This document shows positions 58,660 through 64,000 of a DNA stretch of 64,000 bases, piece after piece. The notes under the pieces are model-generated. The model ran no database searches, was not told where the DNA came from, and saw nothing but the letters and a program-made list of their open reading frames with translations. A program made the translations under genes and the position numbers. Origin of the DNA: Desulfobacterales bacterium (GTDB taxonomy: Bacteria > Desulfobacterota > Desulfobacteria > Desulfobacterales > UBA5852); the NCBI GenBank assembly GCA_963674755.2, contig CAXXVS010000003.1, forward strand, positions 1,504,001 to 1,568,000. Reading direction: 5' to 3'. Position 1 is the stretch's first letter; each line of letters begins with the position of its first letter.

Positions 58660-59316
58660 TTAATAGTCGGCATGCCGCACGATCTCGCCTTCGATCAGAT
58701 AGATCACCTCTTCGGCAATATTGGTGGCATGGTCGCCAATGCGTTCCAGATGGCGTGATATCAGGTAGAAATTGATCAGGAAGGGCATCTGGTCGGGATG
58801 GTGGGCCATTTCATCCCGGATGAGCTGGTAGGCTCGGCGATGGGTGCCGTCCACCTCGTCATCCATGGTCACCACCCGAAAAGCCGTATCCACGTCCATA
58901 TTGACGAGGGCATCCAGACTCAGCTGCAGCATTTTTTCCACCTGCGCCGCCATGGGTTCGTAGTCGAAGGCAAAGCGGGGCGGCTGGTATTTGGCCATGG
59001 TCTGGATGCGTTGGGCGATATTGACGGCCTCGTCGGCAATCCGTTCCAGATCGTTGTTGATTTTGATGACCGCCACCAGAAAGCGTAAATCAATGGCCAC
59101 CGGTTGATGCAGGGCCATGATTTTGAGGCATTCCTCCTCGATTTCCACTTCTTTTTCATCGACTTCAAAATCCGATCGGACGATTTCGTCGGCCACGGCG
59201 GCGTCCCGGTCGGTAATGACGGAGGTGATGCGCCGCACGCGTTCCTCCACCATCGCCCCGAGGGAAAGGATCATTTTTTTGATTTTTTCGAGTTCTTTGT
59301 GAAAATGTCTGGCCAT
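58660..59316 (-). CDS. phoU: Phosphate signalling protein PhoU
   Basis: ALHQPVAIDLR, DLERIAD, DDEVD, LERIGDHATNIAE. Confidence 0.96.
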   Translation of the reverse strand: MARHFHKELEKIKKMILSLGAMVEERVRRITSVITDRDAAVADEIVRSDFEVDEKEVEIEEECLKIMALHQPVAIDLRFLVAVIKINNDLERIADEAVNIAQRIQTMAKYQPPRFAFDYEPMAAQVEKMLQLSLDALVNMDVDTAFRVVTMDDEVDGTHRRAYQLIRDEMAHHPDQMPFLINFYLISRHLERIGDHATNIAEEVIYLIEGEIVRHADY

Positions 59317-59409
59317 GGGGTATTCCTCTTCGCTTGGACGGGCCGTCAGGCGACCGCCCGTCATGTCAGTTGATGCCCATTTACAATCATCTCATTTAGG
59401 GTGAGCCGC

Positions 59410-59436
59410 GTTAGGCCTATGCTAGCATTCCGTTAG
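59410..59436 (-). promoter_or_regulatory. Pho-box-like repeats upstream of phoU
   Basis: Minus strand CTAAC, CTAGC, CTAAC at 11-bp period; shares GCCGCGTTAGG with the pstC site. Confidence 0.65.
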
Positions 59437-59518
59437 GGTTTCGATAATGGTTCGATTTTGCACCACTTTATCCGGCGTGCCATCCCAGGGCCGCCCACAC
59501 CGAAAATCATCGCGTCGT

Positions 59519-59556
59519 CTCATGAACTCCTAAAGAGGGTCTCATGCGAAATTAAC
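59519..59556 (+). promoter_or_regulatory. Pho-box-like repeats upstream of the PHP-glycosyltransferase
   Basis: CTCAT, CTAAA, CTCAT, TTAAC at 59519/59530/59541/59552. Confidence 0.5.
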
Positions 59557-59633
59557 ACCGGTCGGCGAAATATCCTCCAATGGATTCTGAATCGGACGTC
59601 TCACTCGAAGCAACCTCACACAAGGAACTGAAG

Positions 59634-62102
59634 ATGCGTGTTGATTGCCATGTGCATTCCAAACATTCCAAACGCCCCTCGACCTGGGTTCTGAAAAAGA
59701 TCGGTTGTCCGGAAAGCTATACGGAGCCGCTCGATATCTACCGCATCGCCCGTGAGCGCGGTATGACCCACGTCACCATTTCGGACCACAACCGGATCGA
59801 GGGCGCCCTGGAAATCGCCCATCTGCCGGATACCTTCATCAGCGAGGAGATTACCACCTATTTCCCCGAGGATGGCTGCAAACTGCACGTCCTGGTGTTG
59901 GATATCGACGAGCGCCAGCATGCCGACATCCAGCAATGCCGGGATAACGTCTTTTATCTGGTGGACTACCTGCAGGCCCAGTGCCTTGTCCATGTTGTGG
60001 CCCATCCCTTGTACGGTGTCAATGACCGTTTGCGCATCGAGCACTTCGAAAAAATGCTCCTGCTTTTTAAGAATTTCGAGATGAACGGTGCCCGCAACGA
60101 CGCCGCCAACGACGGATTGGCCCAGATCCTGAACGCTCTGACACCGGCGATGATCGACGCCCTGGCCGACTACCACGGCATCGAGCCGGCCTTTCCCGAA
60201 CCCTGGAAGAAGAACATCACCGGCGGGTCCGACGACCACAGCGCCCTCAACATCGCCCGCACCTACACCGAGGTGCCCGATGTGCAAACCCTGGCGGAGG
60301 GCCTGGCCGGCATCCAAGCGGGACGCAGCCGGGCCGTGCGCCGGCCCTCCCAGCCGGAAACCATGGCGCACAACCTGTATGGTATCGCCTACCAGTACTA
60401 CCGGAACAAATTCAACCTGGAGCGCTTCCAGGGCAAGGATCTGCTGGTGAAGTTTCTGGATCGTGCCCTGCGTCCCCCGGCACCACCGGAAAGCCCCGGC
60501 AGTGGTTTGATGGACAAGGTCTATCTGTTTCTTAACGCCCGGCGGCGGCGCAGCCGGATCGCCACCCCTTCCGACGATCTGTTCGCCCAGCTGCGGCACA
60601 CCATCACCTGTTTGTTGCAGGACGACACCCGGTTCCGATCAGCGGCCCCCCGGGACGACGGTGGGGACGGGCCGGTCGCGGAGGCCGACTGGTTCGCCTT
60701 CGTCAATCAGGTGGCCAACCAGACCCTGATCCAATTCGCCAACCACGCCATGAACCATCTGGTGGGCGGAAACGTTTTCAACATTTTCCATACCATCGGC
60801 TCGGCCGGTGGTCTTTACGGGCTGCTGGGACCCTATTTTATCGCCTTCTCCCTGTTTGCCAAGGACCGCGCCTTCACGCGTGCCGTCCAGGCCCATTTCG
60901 GGGTTCCGTCTCCCAACGGCGCCGCTGAAGCCGACCCGGTGCGTATCGGGCACTTCACGGACACCTTCTACGATACCAACGGGGTGGCCCTGACCATCCA
61001 GCAGCAGGTGGAAGTGGCCCTGCGCACCGGTAAAGCGATGCAGGTGATTACCTGCAACGAAGATCCGGCGGCTTCCCCGCCGGGGGTCAAGACCTTCAAA
61101 CCCGTGGGTACCTATGAATTGCCTGAATACCGCTCCCAGAAACTCTTCTATCCGCCCCTGCTGGAAATGCTGCGCTACAGCTACGAGCAGGGTTTTACCC
61201 GCATCCATTCCGCCACGCCCGGCCCGATCGGACTGGCGGCCCTGGCGATCGCCCGCATCCTCAAAGTGCCCTTCTGCGGCACCTACCATACCCAGCTGCC
61301 CCAGTACGCCCAGTTTTTGACCGGCGACACCGCCATGGAAGAACTCACCTGGAAGTTCGTCGTCTGGTACTACGATCAGATGGACATCATCTATGCCCCG
61401 TCGGAGAGCACCCGCCAGGAACTCATCGACCGGGGCATCCGGCCTTCCAAGGTGGTTCTGTACCCGCGCGGCGTGGACGTCCGCCGTTTCTCGCCCCGGG
61501 CGCGCAACGGGTTCTACCGAAAGCGTTTCGGTGTGAGCGCCGACCTCAAGCTTTTGTACGTGGGGCGCATTTCCGAGGAGAAGAATCTGGATGTGCTGGC
61601 CGAGGCCTATGACCGGATCCACGAACGCCATCCCGGGGTTCACCTGGTGATCGTGGGTGACGGGCCCTATCTGGCCGAGATGCGCACCCGGTTGCGCCGG
61701 CAGCCCTGTACATTCACCGGCGCGCTGGCGGGGGAGGACCTCGTGCGGGCCTATGCCTCGGCCGATCTCTTCGTTTTCCCCAGTACCACGGACACCTTCG
61801 GCAATGTGATTCTGGAGGCCCAGGCCTGCGGCCTGCCGGTGGTGGTGACGGATCAGGGCGGCCCACGGGAAAACATGCGGCCCGGCAAGACCGGCCTGGT
61901 GGCGAGCGGCAACGACAGCCAGGCTTTGGCAGAGGCGATCGAATACCTCATCGATCATCCCCAGGAGCGGAATGCCATGGGACAGGAGGCCCGGCGCACC
62001 ATGGAGGCCCGCTCCTTCGATGCCGCCTTCCTGCAGACCTGGGAATCCTACAAAACCCTTCCGACCGGTGACGAATCGTTACGTCAAGTGGCCGGGTTTT
62101 AA
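59634..62102 (+). CDS. PHP phosphoesterase - GT4 glycosyltransferase fusion
   Basis: N-terminal DCHVHS, ISDHN, AHP, GGSDDH (PHP); C-terminal FTDT...NGV, YHT, RGVD, YVGRISEEKN, DTFGNVILEAQACG (GT4); start may be 59580. Confidence 0.9.
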   Translation: MRVDCHVHSKHSKRPSTWVLKKIGCPESYTEPLDIYRIARERGMTHVTISDHNRIEGALEIAHLPDTFISEEITTYFPEDGCKLHVLVLDIDERQHADIQQCRDNVFYLVDYLQAQCLVHVVAHPLYGVNDRLRIEHFEKMLLLFKNFEMNGARNDAANDGLAQILNALTPAMIDALADYHGIEPAFPEPWKKNITGGSDDHSALNIARTYTEVPDVQTLAEGLAGIQAGRSRAVRRPSQPETMAHNLYGIAYQYYRNKFNLERFQGKDLLVKFLDRALRPPAPPESPGSGLMDKVYLFLNARRRRSRIATPSDDLFAQLRHTITCLLQDDTRFRSAAPRDDGGDGPVAEADWFAFVNQVANQTLIQFANHAMNHLVGGNVFNIFHTIGSAGGLYGLLGPYFIAFSLFAKDRAFTRAVQAHFGVPSPNGAAEADPVRIGHFTDTFYDTNGVALTIQQQVEVALRTGKAMQVITCNEDPAASPPGVKTFKPVGTYELPEYRSQKLFYPPLLEMLRYSYEQGFTRIHSATPGPIGLAALAIARILKVPFCGTYHTQLPQYAQFLTGDTAMEELTWKFVVWYYDQMDIIYAPSESTRQELIDRGIRPSKVVLYPRGVDVRRFSPRARNGFYRKRFGVSADLKLLYVGRISEEKNLDVLAEAYDRIHERHPGVHLVIVGDGPYLAEMRTRLRRQPCTFTGALAGEDLVRAYASADLFVFPSTTDTFGNVILEAQACGLPVVVTDQGGPRENMRPGKTGLVASGNDSQALAEAIEYLIDHPQERNAMGQEARRTMEARSFDAAFLQTWESYKTLPTGDESLRQVAGF

Positions 62103-62132
62103 GGTGCGGCCCAAGGTCGTCAGCGGTATTTT

Positions 62133-63491
62133 ATGGAGGGCATGCGTACGGTGGCCCTGAGATCTTATATCCGCATGCTGCGGCAAGGCCGTTTGCCGGG
62201 GCAGCTGATCATCCAGCTGACGGACCGCTGCAACGCGGCCTGCCCCCAATGCGGTATGAATAGCCGCCAGCGGTTTCCACGGCGCACGCTTCCCCTGGAC
62301 AAGGTCCGGCGCATGATCGATGCCGCCGCGCAAGAAGGCTGCGCGGCCGTATCCTTTACCGGCGGCGAACCGCTGATGATGCTGGAAGAGCTGGTCGCTT
62401 TGATCAAACACGCCGGGGCGGCCGGCATGGCCTATATCCGCACCGGCACCAACGGTTTTTGGTTCCGGTCCCCCGAAAAACCCGATTTCGAAGAGCGTGT
62501 GCACCGCCTGGCCAAAGCCCTGGCGGGGACTCCCCTCAGAAACTTCTGGATCAGCATCGATTCCGCCGACCCGACCACCCATGAAGCCATGCGCGGCTTT
62601 AAAGGCGTCCTGCGCGGCATTGAACGAGCGCTGCCGATTTTGCATGCCCACGGCATCTATCCCACGGCCAACCTGGGCATCAACCGCAATATGGGCGGCC
62701 CCGGCAGCATCCCCTTTCTGACTGACGGTGGCAAGCACTCCCGGGGGGTGGCGGCCGCTGAATTCCGGCGGTGTCTGCATGGCGGTCTGGGCGGGTTTTT
62801 CCGCTCGGTGGCGGATATGGGCTTTTCCATGGCCAACGTATGCTATCCCATGAGCATCGAAGACGATGGCGGCGGCGCGGATTTGCAGGCGGTCTACGGT
62901 GCAACCGCTACCGCGGCGATCGTGTCGTTCACGCCCCGGGAAAAAGCGCATCTGTTTAACGTGCTGGCCCAGGTGGTGGCCGAAAACCGCTCCCGTCTCC
63001 GGATCTTCACCCCGCTGTGCGCCCTGTATGCCTTAGCGCGGCAGTTTCGCACCGGCCGGAGGGGGTATGCCTGCCGTGGCGGCCGGGATTTCTTTTTCGT
63101 GGATGCCCGCAAGGGGCATGCGTTTCCCTGCGGCTACCGCGGCGACGAGGATTTGGGTCCTTTTGAAGACCGGGCGGATTTGACGGCGTCATGCCATGCG
63201 GACTGCTACGCCTGTGAATGGGAGTGCTTTCGCGATCCTTCCGAACTGGGAGGCCCTTTGCGGTCCCTTTTTCACGATCCGATGGAAAATGTCCGCCATT
63301 GGCGGCGGGACCCGGCATTCTTCAAATGCTGGGCAGCGGATCTGCGCTACTATCGTGATTGCGATTTCTTCAACGGCCGGCGACCATCCCGGCCGGAGCG
63401 GTTGAAACGCCATAGGCCGGCACCGCAAGGTTATCGATCACCCACGAGGCCGGGATTACCCATTTCTAACGGTGCCTTAACGCCGTTTTAA
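62133..63491 (+). CDS. Radical SAM protein with C-terminal Twitch/SPASM-like Cys domain
   Basis: TDRCNAACPQC, FTGGEP, TNG, ISID; CRGG...PCGYR...CYACEWEC. Confidence 0.9.
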   Translation: MEGMRTVALRSYIRMLRQGRLPGQLIIQLTDRCNAACPQCGMNSRQRFPRRTLPLDKVRRMIDAAAQEGCAAVSFTGGEPLMMLEELVALIKHAGAAGMAYIRTGTNGFWFRSPEKPDFEERVHRLAKALAGTPLRNFWISIDSADPTTHEAMRGFKGVLRGIERALPILHAHGIYPTANLGINRNMGGPGSIPFLTDGGKHSRGVAAAEFRRCLHGGLGGFFRSVADMGFSMANVCYPMSIEDDGGGADLQAVYGATATAAIVSFTPREKAHLFNVLAQVVAENRSRLRIFTPLCALYALARQFRTGRRGYACRGGRDFFFVDARKGHAFPCGYRGDEDLGPFEDRADLTASCHADCYACEWECFRDPSELGGPLRSLFHDPMENVRHWRRDPAFFKCWAADLRYYRDCDFFNGRRPSRPERLKRHRPAPQGYRSPTRPGLPISNGALTPF

Positions 63492-63492
63492 T
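63466..63492 (+). promoter_or_regulatory. Pho-box-like repeats upstream of the small Cys-rich gene
   Basis: CTAAC, TTAAC, TTAAT at 63466/63477/63488. Confidence 0.6.
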
Positions 63493-63627
63493 GCCGGTGG
63501 GATCTACTGCCCCAACAAGATCCGCGGCAAACTGCTGAAGAGACCCTCCAGCGAAAGCCTTTCCCGATATGCCGATGAACGCTCTGTCTGCCGCGGCCAT
63601 TTCGGAAACCTCACCAAGGAGTTGACC

Positions 63628-63810
63628 ATGAATCGGATGAACCCCTGCCGGCAATGCCAGCGTGGCGACCAGGATAAGAATACGACCCAGTGCCGTGTCT
63701 GTACCAAGCGTGTCGCCTATCTGCGGCGTCTGGCCTGCGAGCTGGAATATAGCGCCACCCTGGCGGTGGATAACGGCTACCCGCTGCATCTGCCGGCCCG
63801 GCACGCCTAA
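63628..63810 (+). CDS. Small 2xCxxC hypothetical protein
   Basis: NPCRQC...DKN...CRVCTKRVAY; AAGGAG RBS. Confidence 0.7.
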   Translation: MNRMNPCRQCQRGDQDKNTTQCRVCTKRVAYLRRLACELEYSATLAVDNGYPLHLPARHA

Positions 63811-63822
63811 AGGAAATGTTAG

Positions 63823-64000
63823 ATGACCGAAAAGTATTTGCAGTTGAACAACGAGGTTTTTATCTTTCATCCCGACAGTTACGAAGTGTTGCGTGTCGCA
63901 TTCCCGTGTTTTGAACGGATCGAGCGCGCCGATCTGATGCGCTCCCTGCGCCTGCAGGCGATGGAAATTACCCGCCGGCAGGCCGAACAGGCGGTTCCGG
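63823..64000 (+). CDS. Hypothetical protein, runs off the window end
   Basis: AAGGA upstream; open frame MTEKYLQLNNEVFIFHPDSYEV... to the window end. Confidence 0.55.
   Translation, partial: MTEKYLQLNNEVFIFHPDSYEVLRVAFPCFERIERADLMRSLRLQAMEITRRQAEQAVP

Overview
GC-rich bacterial chromosomal window. Gene content suggests an anaerobic sulfate-reducer-type Desulfobacterota; this is inference. All family calls come from motifs I recognised in the translations, not from database searches. Layout: (1) 1-10.4 kb, an O2/ROS-defence supercluster (rubrerythrin, desulfoferrodoxin, flavodoxin, cydAB, triheme cytochrome c, rubredoxin, flavodiiron protein, ferredoxin, DsrE-like and siroheme-type proteins). 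(2) 10.5-37.8 kb, mixed housekeeping and regulatory genes, including an MBOAT O-acylation pair, an ECF sigma/zinc anti-sigma operon, DtxR/MntR, ppiA, map, a two-component system, degQ, sppA, a SidJ-related pseudokinase, HD-GYP, AOR and fba, with four copies of a MITE-like repeat. (3) 38.1-46.7 kb, a visibly AT-richer run of co-oriented small accessory genes and gene fragments that resembles a decayed cassette array. (4) 46.8-53.1 kb, a MarR-DsrE2-TusA-DsrM-like-DsrK-like-FadL-rhodanese/MBL sulfur-handling locus. (5) 53.3-64 kb, phoU-pstCA-pstS-pstB and a divergent PHP-glycosyltransferase/radical SAM locus, with Pho-box-like 11-bp repeats upstream of phoU, pstC, pstS and the divergent genes. 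Best novelty candidates: an unannotated small membrane selenoprotein (in-frame UGA plus SECIS-like hairpin) heading the ECF operon, the FadL-containing sulfur locus, and a Pho-linked PHP-GT4/radical SAM module. No rRNA, tRNA, CRISPR array or intact transposase was seen.
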